A stretch of 59,949 bases of DNA, filler included, from Nanobdellati archaeon (lineage in GTDB: Archaea; Nanobdellota; Nanobdellia; Woesearchaeales; JAADFO01): assembly GCA_013152815.1 (NCBI GenBank). It is 5 parts of 5 records of this genome, joined end to end, with 100 filler letters (N's around TTAATTAATTAA, not from the genome) between each part and the next. Parts side by side here need not be neighbours in the genome. Positions count along the whole stretch, not along the records: positions 1 to 16,879 come from JAADFO010000058.1; positions 16,980 to 32,807 come from JAADFO010000059.1; 3 more parts are not named here. One strand, 5' to 3'. Of this stretch, positions 9,928-17,725 are shown piece after piece. The stretch's first letter is position 1; every line of letters starts with the position of its first letter. The translations under genes and the position numbers were made by a program. Below the pieces are notes generated by a model. That model was not told where the DNA came from and ran no database searches. It saw only the letters and a program-made list of their open reading frames with translations.

Positions 9928-11653
9928 GCTCACCAAGCTCATCACCCACCCGAGGATCATCATCCTGCTGGCCTTCCTTGTCCTCTCTATTATCATCATC
10001 CATCCGAGGCCTTTCAGCTCTGCAGCAGCCATCCGGAGCATAGAGAAAGGCTCTCCTGCATTGCAGGCAGGGATGACCTCTCCTGACCCCTCGGCAAGCC
10101 TGCTCTCCCGTGAGATCATCCTCGCCGTCGATGCGAATCCGACGAGGAAGAGGACCAACCATTCTGCTGCAAAATACTCCCTGCAATCGGGATCCGGGAA
10201 CCTCGGCTACCGGTCAGCAAGCCAGCCGGGGATCTTCCAGAAGAACAATCGTCCTCTTGAAGGCACCCTCATCAACAGCGTGGACGACTACTACGCCGCC
10301 ACCTCCGGACTCGGACTCAATCAGACCATCGTCATCACCACAGATGCCGGAAGATACACCCTGACCATGCCTGCTTCCCTCAACCATACTCTTGGCTCCT
10401 CAGACCTCGGCATCAACGTCTACGACATGCCGACGAGCAACCTGCGGAAAGGGCTCGACCTCGAAGGAGGGACGAGGGTGCTCCTCAAGCCTGAGCGTGA
10501 ACTGACCGACGAGGAGTCGAGCCTCATCATCGACGTCCTTGAACGACGCCTCAACGTCTATGGGCTGAGCGACATCATCGTCCGGGAGGCTGCAGACCTC
10601 TCTGGCCAGGACTATTTCCTCATCGAGATAGCAGGCGCCAACGAAGAGGACGTTCGCGCCCTCATCGCAGAGCAGGGGAAGTTCGAGGCGAAGATCGGCA
10701 ACACGACGGTCTTCCGCGGAGGGGGCGACGTGACCTATGTGTGCAGGAGTGCAAGGTGTTCCGGCATAAGCTTCCGTCGGGGCGCCTGCTCAAAGACCGA
10801 CAACAATACCTATAGCTGTCGCTTCGTGTTCTCCATCGCCCTGAGCCCCGAGGCCGCACGGAGGCAGGCAGCTGCCACCGAGGATCTGGACGTGCTCGAG
10901 AACACCACCGAGAACCACACCTACCGTTATCTGAGCGAGAAGCTCGCCCTCTATCTGGATGACAAACTGGTGGACGAACTCAACATCGCCGAAAGCCTCC
11001 AGGGACGGGCAGAGACCGCAATCTCCATCTCAGGGTCAGGCAACGGCACGACCCATGACGAGGCCGTGGCCAATGCCCTCGACAAGATGAAGACCCTGCA
11101 GACGGTCCTGACCACAGGTTCGTTGCCGGTGAAGCTTTCGGTCGTCAAGGCTGACTCTCTCTCTCCCATCATGGGGAACGAGTTCCTCCGGAACGCGCTC
11201 AAGGTAGGCCTCTTCGCCATCCTTGCCGTCATCCTCATCGTGTTCCTCCGTTACCGGAAGGCCCAGATAGCCATCCCCATGGTCCTTTCCATGCTGAGCG
11301 AGCTCATCATCATCCTTGGGGTGGCAGCCCTCATCAAATGGAACCTGGACCTTGCTGCCATCGCCGGCATCATCGTCGCCATCGGGACAGGCGTCGACGA
11401 CCTCATCGTGCTGAGCGACGAGGTGGATGACGAAGAGGACGCCAACTACAGCTGGGAGACCAGACGGAAGAACGCCTTCTTCATCATCATGGCTGCCTAC
11501 TTCACGACGATTGTTGCTATGGTGCCGCTCCTCTTCGCCGGAGCAGGGCTGCTCCGTGGCTTTGCCCTCACCACCATCATCGGCATCACCGCCGGGGTCT
11601 TCATCGTCCGCCCTGCCTTCGCGGTCACCATAAAGACGCTCATGGACATATAG
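9920..11653 (+). CDS. secD: Protein translocase subunit SecD with N-terminal PDZ-like domain
   Basis: LRKGLDLEGGTRVLL, RRLNVYGLSD, LDLAAIAGIIVAIGTGVDD, LRGFALTTIIG. PDZ-like SIEKGSPALQAG segment. Confidence 0.93.
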   Translation: MSKLTKLITHPRIIILLAFLVLSIIIIHPRPFSSAAAIRSIEKGSPALQAGMTSPDPSASLLSREIILAVDANPTRKRTNHSAAKYSLQSGSGNLGYRSASQPGIFQKNNRPLEGTLINSVDDYYAATSGLGLNQTIVITTDAGRYTLTMPASLNHTLGSSDLGINVYDMPTSNLRKGLDLEGGTRVLLKPERELTDEESSLIIDVLERRLNVYGLSDIIVREAADLSGQDYFLIEIAGANEEDVRALIAEQGKFEAKIGNTTVFRGGGDVTYVCRSARCSGISFRRGACSKTDNNTYSCRFVFSIALSPEAARRQAAATEDLDVLENTTENHTYRYLSEKLALYLDDKLVDELNIAESLQGRAETAISISGSGNGTTHDEAVANALDKMKTLQTVLTTGSLPVKLSVVKADSLSPIMGNEFLRNALKVGLFAILAVILIVFLRYRKAQIAIPMVLSMLSELIIILGVAALIKWNLDLAAIAGIIVAIGTGVDDLIVLSDEVDDEEDANYSWETRRKNAFFIIMAAYFTTIVAMVPLLFAGAGLLRGFALTTIIGITAGVFIVRPAFAVTIKTLMDI

Positions 11654-11730
11654 CCTGATCTCTCTAAAGATTTAAATAGGAGTTATCCATTCTATATATC
11701 TATCCCATAATAGTGACAGGAGGGGTATCC

Positions 11731-12000
11731 ATGCAGATCAAGATCAGGAAACAGAACCAGGACGGCATCGTCAGGATGGAGACGTCGGGCGAGGTGAAAG
11801 AGATCCTCATCAACGAGGACATCCTCCATCCCAACAAGGAGTCCATCTCCATCTGCTTCAGAGGGAAGAGCTCTTCGGGCATCATCGACATGACACCTGC
11901 CGAGATCGAGCAGCTCTATCAGACCGTGAGGAGCAGGATGCATCTCATCAAGGCATTCAAGACGCTGAACACCGAAGGGACACGAGTCTTCAAGCGATAG
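11731..12000 (+). CDS. Small hypothetical protein
   Basis: AGGAGGGG SD before ATG 11731, host-like codon usage. Confidence 0.75.
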   Translation: MQIKIRKQNQDGIVRMETSGEVKEILINEDILHPNKESISICFRGKSSSGIIDMTPAEIEQLYQTVRSRMHLIKAFKTLNTEGTRVFKR

Positions 12001-12053
12001 GGGGAGAAGGTTCTTTCTCCTGTCGGCTTTTTCTCAGACCATCTGTCTTCCTG

Positions 12054-12239
12054 CTCTTGTTCCAGCTCTGTAGAAAGTTACGCTTTCGCGTGGCCGGCAT
12101 CGGACTCGGCCACCGATGAATGTTCTGCTTCTGCCGTTCCAGCCCCGTAGGGGGCGACCCCCGGAACTCTCTGCTGCATAGTCATAGGGTGCCTCGCAGT
12201 GGGATGCCGGCCCTACTTTCCACAGAGCCTCTTGTTCCA
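12054..12239. mobile_element. MITE-like element (164 bp, 12065-12228) with 14-bp terminal inverted repeats and flanking 11-bp direct repeat
   Basis: Direct repeat CTCTTGTTCCA at 12054-12064 and 12229-12239. TIRs GCTCTGTAGAAAGT (12065-12078) and ACTTTCCACAGAGC (12215-12228), 13/14 match. Internal IR GGCCGGCATC/GATGCCGGCC. No credible coding sequence. Confidence 0.75.
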
Positions 12240-12244
12240 TAAAC

Positions 12245-12264
12245 TTTATAAATATTCTGAATAT
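12245..12264 (+). promoter_or_regulatory. TATA box and putative ArsR operator of the mer operon
   Basis: TTTATAAA (12245-12252) followed by inverted repeat ATATTC-T-GAATAT (12252-12264), upstream of the ArsR ATG at 12279. Confidence 0.55.
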
Positions 12265-12278
12265 CAAATATTTCGAAA

Positions 12279-12599
12279 ATGAAATATGATGTCACGCCGG
12301 ACGAGGCCTACGATTATTTCATCGGCACGCTCGCCAACAGGACACGGTTGAAGATTCTCAACGAGCTCCTCAGGGGAGAGAAGAACGTCTCCCAGCTGAC
12401 GGCCGCACTCCCTGTGGACCAGAGCACCATCTCCAACAACCTCGCGCGTCTCCGGAGCTGCGGCTTCGTGACGGTCAGGCCCAACGGCAAGGAACGCATC
12501 TACGTCCTCAACAAAGCAACCACTGAACCGCTCATGAAGCTCATCAACCATCACGTGAAGCATCACTGCGTCAAATGCATCAAGAGGGACAGACCATGA
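12279..12599 (+). CDS. ArsR/SmtB family transcriptional regulator
   Basis: LANRTRLKILNELL..EKNVSQL...QSTISNNLARLR..GFV winged HTH. C-terminal HHVKHHCVKC metal-binding candidate. Confidence 0.9.
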   Translation: MKYDVTPDEAYDYFIGTLANRTRLKILNELLRGEKNVSQLTAALPVDQSTISNNLARLRSCGFVTVRPNGKERIYVLNKATTEPLMKLINHHVKHHCVKCIKRDRP

Positions 12600-14011
12600 C
12601 AAAGACCTACGATCTTATCATCATCGGCGGAGGCGCCGCTGCCTTCGCCGCTGCCAACACGGCGAACAGACTGAAGAAGAAAACGTTAATAATCAATGAT
12701 CAGGACATCCTTCCGCTCGGAGGGACCTGTGTCAATGTGGGCTGCGTTCCCTCGAAGATCATGCTCCATCAAGGGGCCCTGTCCTATTATGCCCAGAGAA
12801 ACCGGTTCCGCGCATTGAAGATACGCGCAGAGGCGGATTTCATGGAGGCATTGAAGGAGACCAGGGAGATGGTCCTGGCTTTCCAGGAAAAGAACTATGG
12901 CCAGGTCATCGCAAAGCAGGAGTTCGTGGATTTCAAGGAAGGTCATGGGACTTTCAAGGATGCCCATACCGTGGCGGTCGGTGAGGAGGAATTTCACACT
13001 GACCACATACTCATCGCATCGGGCGCCTCGACCCATATCCCTCCCATCAAAGGGATAGCGTCCATAGACTATCTGACCAACAAAAGCCTTTTCTTCGACC
13101 TGAAAACAAGACCCAAATCGGTGATCATCCTCGGCGGCGGGGCCGAGGCGATGGAATTCTCCCAGATCTTTCACCACTTCGGCATACCTGTAACGGTCAT
13201 CCAGCGATCCAAGAGGATCCTGACCAAGCATGATGCTGACATCGCCAATGAGCTCCAGAGCATCCTGGAGGAGGAAGGGATCATCATCCACACCGGCACG
13301 AGCATCAGGGAGGTCACCAAGGACGGTGACAGCATCATGGTCCACTTCGACAAGGAAGGGACAGGCGAGATGAAGATAACTGCAGAGCGGCTGTTCATGG
13401 CCCAGGGGCTCAGGCCCCATACCGACACCATGGGCATCGACGCGTCAGGGGTGCAGCTCGATGAGCGTGGCTTCGTCAAGGTGGACGAGCATCTGCAGAC
13501 AAACCAGGCCCATATCTATGCCGCCGGGGACGTGACCGGGATCATGCCTCTGGAGACCGTGGCTGCAAAACAGGGCAGCATAGCAGCAGGAAACATGTTC
13601 GGGCAGGAAAAGTTGACCATCGATTATCAGTCCATTCCTCATGCGGTGTTCACTTCCCCTCAGGTCGCTGCCGTCGGCATCACCGAAGAGGAATTCATGA
13701 GGAAATACAGGGTATGCCTCTGCAGGACCATCTCCTGGAAGCATGTCGAGAAAGCCGTAGCCATCAAAGAGGACAAGGGCATTCTCAGGATGGTCATCGA
13801 TCCCAGGACCAAGGTGGTGCTGGGCGTCCATGTGGTCGGACCCCTGGCAGCAGACATCATCACCACCGCAGCCTACGCCATCAGGAATAAAATGACTATT
13901 TATGACATACGGGATACGGTGCATGTGTTCCCGACCCTGAGCGAGGTCATCAAGAAGGCTGCCCAGAGCTTTGACCAGAACCTGGATGACATGGCTTGCT
14001 GCGTGGAGTGA
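12596..14011 (+). CDS. merA: Mercuric reductase (no NmerA domain)
   Basis: Redox motif GGTCVNVGCVPSK, IYAAGDV, HVFPT and C-terminal vicinal cysteines (MACCVE). Followed by merT/merP-like genes. ATGA overlap with the regulator. Confidence 0.88.
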   Translation: MTKTYDLIIIGGGAAAFAAANTANRLKKKTLIINDQDILPLGGTCVNVGCVPSKIMLHQGALSYYAQRNRFRALKIRAEADFMEALKETREMVLAFQEKNYGQVIAKQEFVDFKEGHGTFKDAHTVAVGEEEFHTDHILIASGASTHIPPIKGIASIDYLTNKSLFFDLKTRPKSVIILGGGAEAMEFSQIFHHFGIPVTVIQRSKRILTKHDADIANELQSILEEEGIIIHTGTSIREVTKDGDSIMVHFDKEGTGEMKITAERLFMAQGLRPHTDTMGIDASGVQLDERGFVKVDEHLQTNQAHIYAAGDVTGIMPLETVAAKQGSIAAGNMFGQEKLTIDYQSIPHAVFTSPQVAAVGITEEEFMRKYRVCLCRTISWKHVEKAVAIKEDKGILRMVIDPRTKVVLGVHVVGPLAADIITTAAYAIRNKMTIYDIRDTVHVFPTLSEVIKKAAQSFDQNLDDMACCVE

Positions 14012-14014
14012 AGA

Positions 14015-14353
14015 ATGCAGAAAGAGGATAAGAAACTGGTTGCCGTCGGAGGGGTTGCAGGCGTATTTGGAGCATTGTGCTGTGTCGGACCCGTGGTCAT
14101 CGTCCTGTTCGGGTTGGGGAGCGTATCGACCGCTCTCAGCATCGGGAGATACACCTGGTTGTTTACAACGATTGCACTCCTCTTTTTTGGAACAGCGACC
14201 TATCTGTACCTTAAGAAAAAGAACTGCTGCTCAAGGGATGGCGTCAGACAGAACTGGAAACCTATTGTGGTCGCATTCATCTTGCTGTCGGTATTGCTCA
14301 CGGTCCTCAAGTATTGGGTTGCACCGCTCTTAGCACAGATAGCGTACAGGTGA
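14015..14353 (+). CDS. merT: MerT/MerF-like mercuric ion transport protein
   Basis: Three TM helices, CC pair in TM1 (ALCCVGP), second CC pair in a loop (KKNCCS). Confidence 0.75.
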   Translation: MQKEDKKLVAVGGVAGVFGALCCVGPVVIVLFGLGSVSTALSIGRYTWLFTTIALLFFGTATYLYLKKKNCCSRDGVRQNWKPIVVAFILLSVLLTVLKYWVAPLLAQIAYR

Positions 14354-14358
14354 TACCT

Positions 14359-14730
14359 ATGAAAAGAATGATGAACTGGAAACAAGCTGCATTATTTGTC
14401 CTGCTGGCTGTGGGCGTACTCTTCATGACAGGATGCGCTACGATCGCATCGCAGGATACTGTCCAAGAGACCGTTCAGGCCGATGTGCAGGAACAGGCAG
14501 CTGCGGCACCGACAAATGTCAAGGAGACAACACTTGCCATCGATGACATGACCTGTGTGAGCTGTGCACAGGGGGTGGAGTATCAATTGAAGCAGGTTCC
14601 TGGAGTTATCGATGCAAAGGTAAGCTACAAAGAAGGAAAAGGAACAATCATCTATGATGCTGATAGGGTGGATCCAGAGACCATCGCGAAGGCATCTGAC
14701 GTGTATCCTGCAAGGGTCATCATGTCATGA
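14359..14730 (+). CDS. merP: MerP-like heavy-metal-associated (HMA) lipoprotein
   Basis: Lipobox-like LFMTGC then HMA motif DMTCVSCA. AGGTGA SD before ATG 14359. Confidence 0.78.
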   Translation: MKRMMNWKQAALFVLLAVGVLFMTGCATIASQDTVQETVQADVQEQAAAAPTNVKETTLAIDDMTCVSCAQGVEYQLKQVPGVIDAKVSYKEGKGTIIYDADRVDPETIAKASDVYPARVIMS

Positions 14731-14774
14731 TCCGATCCCTGCCTTGGCTTCTTTCCTGAGTGTCTTCAAAGCTC

Positions 14775-15221
14775 TCAGGCCGTATTTTCTTTTCTCAATG
14801 TATCAAAACACTTCTTCGTAAAGGTAATCACCATCTTCGCGTATTCAGCATCCAATATCCTTCCATAGTAGAGCATGCCGTTCCGAAAATATCGTAACTG
14901 GTCTGCGAACTGAACCTCATTCTCACTGAACCCAAGCATCCGCATATATGCAACCTCTGCCTCATGCGCGCCAAAACCCGATGCGTTGTATCCTCTGAGA
15001 AGCATCCTTGCCCTGACCAACTCCATTATGATATCATAGCAGGACTTTATGAAATCATTCGCGTTGGAATCTTTCAGCGTTATCTTATCTATCTTCTCAA
15101 GCAGGTTGTTATGGCTGTTCTCAGATTCTTTGAACAGGAATTCTGCACGTGCCCTATCTATTCTTTGTTTCTTCACAATATTCTCTTTGATGAACTCTTT
15201 GAATGGGCGTACGGTTCTCAT
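14775..15221 (-). CDS. HEPN domain protein (toxin partner of MNT)
   Basis: Helical protein with LRYFRNGMLYYG at the HEPN active-site position, overlapping the MNT gene end. Confidence 0.75.
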   Translation of the reverse strand: MRTVRPFKEFIKENIVKKQRIDRARAEFLFKESENSHNNLLEKIDKITLKDSNANDFIKSCYDIIMELVRARMLLRGYNASGFGAHEAEVAYMRMLGFSENEVQFADQLRYFRNGMLYYGRILDAEYAKMVITFTKKCFDTLRKENTA

Positions 15222-15766
15222 AGATCAATTCCCCCTGCAAGCACAATTCCATTGCATATGTTATCTAACAAATTCTTATGGATTTCTTTGAAAGATGGAT
15301 AAAAATTGATGTTGATTTCTCTTTCCAATAGTTTCTCGTATAGAGATACCTTGATTTCTTTGTCTTTTCTGCCAATAACCGCTATGTCAATGTCTGAATT
15401 TATCACGTCGTCGCCTCTGGAATAGCTTCCAAATAAAACAATGGTTCCTCCAGCGAATTTCTCTTCAAGGTGATCAACCAAACCAGACAGATAAAGTTGC
15501 TTAAGATTATCCACTCGTTTCAACTGCATAGCGCGAGCGCTTTCTCTATTGAGTTCTATGGCCCATCGTTTTGTCAGTTTATCTTGCGCTACCTTGATGA
15601 GTTTTGTTTTTTCCAAGCATGGCAGGGCTTTCTGCACAGCAGGCTGCGTGACGTTTAGAAGGTTTGCGATCTGTCGCTGGTTAAGCACAGTTCCTGCCTT
15701 GACAAACAGCAGTCCGAGAATTTCCTGCTGGAGCAATGTTAACTTAGGTTTAGATAGATTTACCAT
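15218..15766 (-). CDS. wHTH-fused minimal nucleotidyltransferase (MNT antitoxin)
   Basis: N-terminal HTH (NQRQIANLLNVTQPAVQKAL) and LFGSYSRGDDVINSDIDIAV motif. Confidence 0.88.
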   Translation of the reverse strand: MVNLSKPKLTLLQQEILGLLFVKAGTVLNQRQIANLLNVTQPAVQKALPCLEKTKLIKVAQDKLTKRWAIELNRESARAMQLKRVDNLKQLYLSGLVDHLEEKFAGGTIVLFGSYSRGDDVINSDIDIAVIGRKDKEIKVSLYEKLLEREININFYPSFKEIHKNLLDNICNGIVLAGGIDL

Positions 15767-15834
15767 AGTTTATAGATATTAACTGAAGTTTATATGGCTT
15801 TCGGTTATCAAAATGGCAAATAGCTAATGAGAAA

Positions 15835-15849
15835 AGCCTCCGGCGAGAA
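15835..15849 (-). repeat. Exact 15-bp copy of the tRNA-Thr(GGT) 3' end (att-like)
   Basis: AGCCTCCGGCGAGAA at 15835-15849 is identical to 16789-16803. Confidence 0.85.
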
Positions 15850-16109
15850 AGAAGCCAGTGAGTACCATTCCTAAAAATTCCCCTTATAAGCACACGCTAT
15901 GAGGGGAATGAAACAGGCCTTTTAAGACTCTTCCTTTATACCCAACTGCATCAGATTCTTCAAACTCATCATTTCTAAAACAATTAAGAATCACTCTCTG
16001 AGAATATTTTTTTTGCAGATGGAATAACGTTTGGAGAACAGTTTCTCACCAAATTATTAAACAGGACATTTTATATAGTGCAATTATAATTATGGGCTGG
16101 AGATAAAAA

Positions 16110-16652
16110 ATGATTGAAATACTAACTGCTATCAGCGAAATACTAACTGCTATCCGCGATTATTTTTTAGGACATTATACCAAATTGCTTTATTTCATAG
16201 TAATCCTGCTTGTTGGATATGTGTTAATAAGTCTGATAAACAAATACGTAGCCCATTTTTTCAACAAAGTGGACTTTGATCGGACGTTGGAATTGTTTAT
16301 AGAAAAGACTGTTAAAATATTTCTCTGGATCATCTTTTTGATAGTGGTATTAAGTAATCTAGGCTTCAATGTAACCGGGTTTGTCGCGGGTTTGGGTGCC
16401 CTGGGAATCATCATCGGATTTGCAACCAAAGATGTCTTATCTAACCTTGCTGCAGGCATCTTTATTTTGATCAATAAACCTTTCAGGATTAGAGAGACTA
16501 TCGAGGTTGTAAAGATAACAGGTGTTGTTAAAGAGATTGGCATGTCCTCATGCATCATAATCACAAAGGAAAAAGAAGTGGTCACCATCCCCAATTCTAA
16601 GATCTGGGGAAGCCCAATCAAGAATCTATCACGCCTCAAGAAAAAGAAATAG
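16110..16652 (+). CDS. mscS: Small-conductance mechanosensitive channel, short form
   Basis: GLGALGIIIGFATKDVLSNLAAGIFILINKPF and TIPNSKIW. 180 aa, lacks the C-terminal domain. AT-rich. Confidence 0.88.
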   Translation: MIEILTAISEILTAIRDYFLGHYTKLLYFIVILLVGYVLISLINKYVAHFFNKVDFDRTLELFIEKTVKIFLWIIFLIVVLSNLGFNVTGFVAGLGALGIIIGFATKDVLSNLAAGIFILINKPFRIRETIEVVKITGVVKEIGMSSCIIITKEKEVVTIPNSKIWGSPIKNLSRLKKKK

Positions 16653-16788
16653 AATTCTCTGATTTAATGAAATCATTGCCAGCCAATAAAGACATTTGAA
16701 ATCGGTCTTGGCTGAGGTGGGAGAGAGTATGGATCTTGTTCGTAATCCTTTAAAAAGGAGATTAGGGGCTAACGTGCTAGGCTAAAAC

Positions 16789-16879
16789 AGCCTCCGGCGA
16801 GAATTGAACTCGCGACCTCAGCATTTCTGTCACTTCGTTCCAGAATCTCCGGGACGAAGATACCAATGCTGCGCACTAC
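16789..16879 (-). tRNA. tRNA-Thr(GGT) with 36-nt intron at 37/38; 5' end cut off by contig end
   Basis: Minus strand CAGCA TT GGT A [intron 16860-16825] A TGCTG AGGTC GCGAG TTCAATT CTCGC CGGAGGC T. Intron folds through CTTCGT/ACGAAG. Confidence 0.9.
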
Positions 16880-16979
16880 NNNNNNNNNNNNNNNNNNNNN
16901 NNNNNNNNNNNNNNNNNNNNNNNTTAATTAATTAANNNNNNNNNNNNNNNNNNNNNNNNNNNNNNNNNNNNNNNNNNNN
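16880..16979. other. Artificial contig linker
   Basis: N44-TTAATTAATTAA-N44, stops in all six frames, identical at four places. Confidence 0.97.
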
Positions 16980-17070
16980 TTGTTCTCTCACTTGTTCTCT
17001 CACTTGTTCTCTCACTTGTTCTCTCACTTGTTCTCTCACTTGTTCTCTCACTTGTTCTCTCACTTGTTCT
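16980..17070. repeat. Tandem repeat (TTGTTCTCTCAC) x7 plus a 7-bp partial unit at the contig end
   Basis: Counted directly. Encodes (VREQ)n on the minus strand. Confidence 0.95.
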
Positions 17071-17123
17071 TCTGCTCTTTTCTTCCGTGGTCTTCTGTTC
17101 CTGCGGTCTGCCAGGATCACCAC
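16980..17123 (-). CDS. Partial CDS with basic N-terminus and VREQ repeats, identity unknown
   Basis: GTG start overlaps the carS stop, reading ADRRNRRPRKKRAEEQ(VREQ)7 into the contig end. Confidence 0.4.
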
Positions 17124-17665
17124 TTTGACTTGTTGATCCCAAGATGGTAAGCGATGTGGCGGATGCCGACATGGAGGAAGAGTGCGAGGATGATGACCGT
17201 CAAGAGGATGCCCCAGGAAGGAAGCCAGATGAGAGAGAGGAAGGCGATGCCGCCGAGGGCAGAGTCCAGCTGGTCCCAGGGAAACCAGGATGCTCCGGAA
17301 GGCTTGCCGGCCCTGCGCTTGAAAAAGCTCTCCACCAGATCGCCGGACAGGACGCCGAAGCCCATGAGAAAGCCCGCCAGAAAGATGTTGATATCGTCGT
17401 ATGGCAGGAGAGAAAGCTTTGCGAAGAACGCTGAAGCGAAGAGCATCTGTTGGAGATAGGCGACGATGATCGCGGAAATGATGCCCACAAGAAAACCTCT
17501 ATAGGTCTTGTGAGGGCCAAAGAGCGGCTTCCCGCCAAGGCGACGGCCATGGTCGATGGGAACGTCGGCGAACTTCCAATGCCGAAAGAGCACCGGAGCA
17601 GAGTTCGCCATGATGCCTGGAAGCATCAGGTAGATGACCTGGACGATGAGCAGGAATACAGACAT
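17117..17665 (-). CDS. carS: CDP-archaeol synthase
   Basis: ANSAPV, PIDHG...GKPLFGPHKTYRG, GDLVESFFKRR, WDQLDS motifs. Start set at MSVFLL. Confidence 0.9.
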   Translation of the reverse strand: MSVFLLIVQVIYLMLPGIMANSAPVLFRHWKFADVPIDHGRRLGGKPLFGPHKTYRGFLVGIISAIIVAYLQQMLFASAFFAKLSLLPYDDINIFLAGFLMGFGVLSGDLVESFFKRRAGKPSGASWFPWDQLDSALGGIAFLSLIWLPSWGILLTVIILALFLHVGIRHIAYHLGINKSKW

Positions 17666-17725
17666 GGTTTCATCATCTCTTTTTGCACAGGATAGACAGG
17701 ACAGGGACAAGGACAGAGCCACGGC

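Noticed and set aside
10133..10261. Mini-intein or group I intron in secD
   Set aside because: No intein terminal residues and too short for a group I core, so it is kept only as an unexplained insert
12065..12228. RNase P RNA, SRP RNA or HDV-like ribozyme
   Set aside because: GGAAAGT and GGCCGGCAT are only superficial matches. I found no P4 3' strand, SRP helix 8 motif or HDV pseudoknot, and TIRs plus a target duplication fit a MITE better.
16924..16935. TTAATTAATTAA recurring four times, as a biological repeat or promoter
   Set aside because: Always centred in identical N padding with stops in all six frames, so it is an assembly linker
16980..17070. Possible CRISPR array
   Set aside because: Contiguous 12-bp units with no spacers; no cas genes in the window
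16980..17123. Assigning the VREQ ORF to translation factor aIF-1A
   Set aside because: Only a basic, low-complexity N-terminus is visible, with no diagnostic domain sequence
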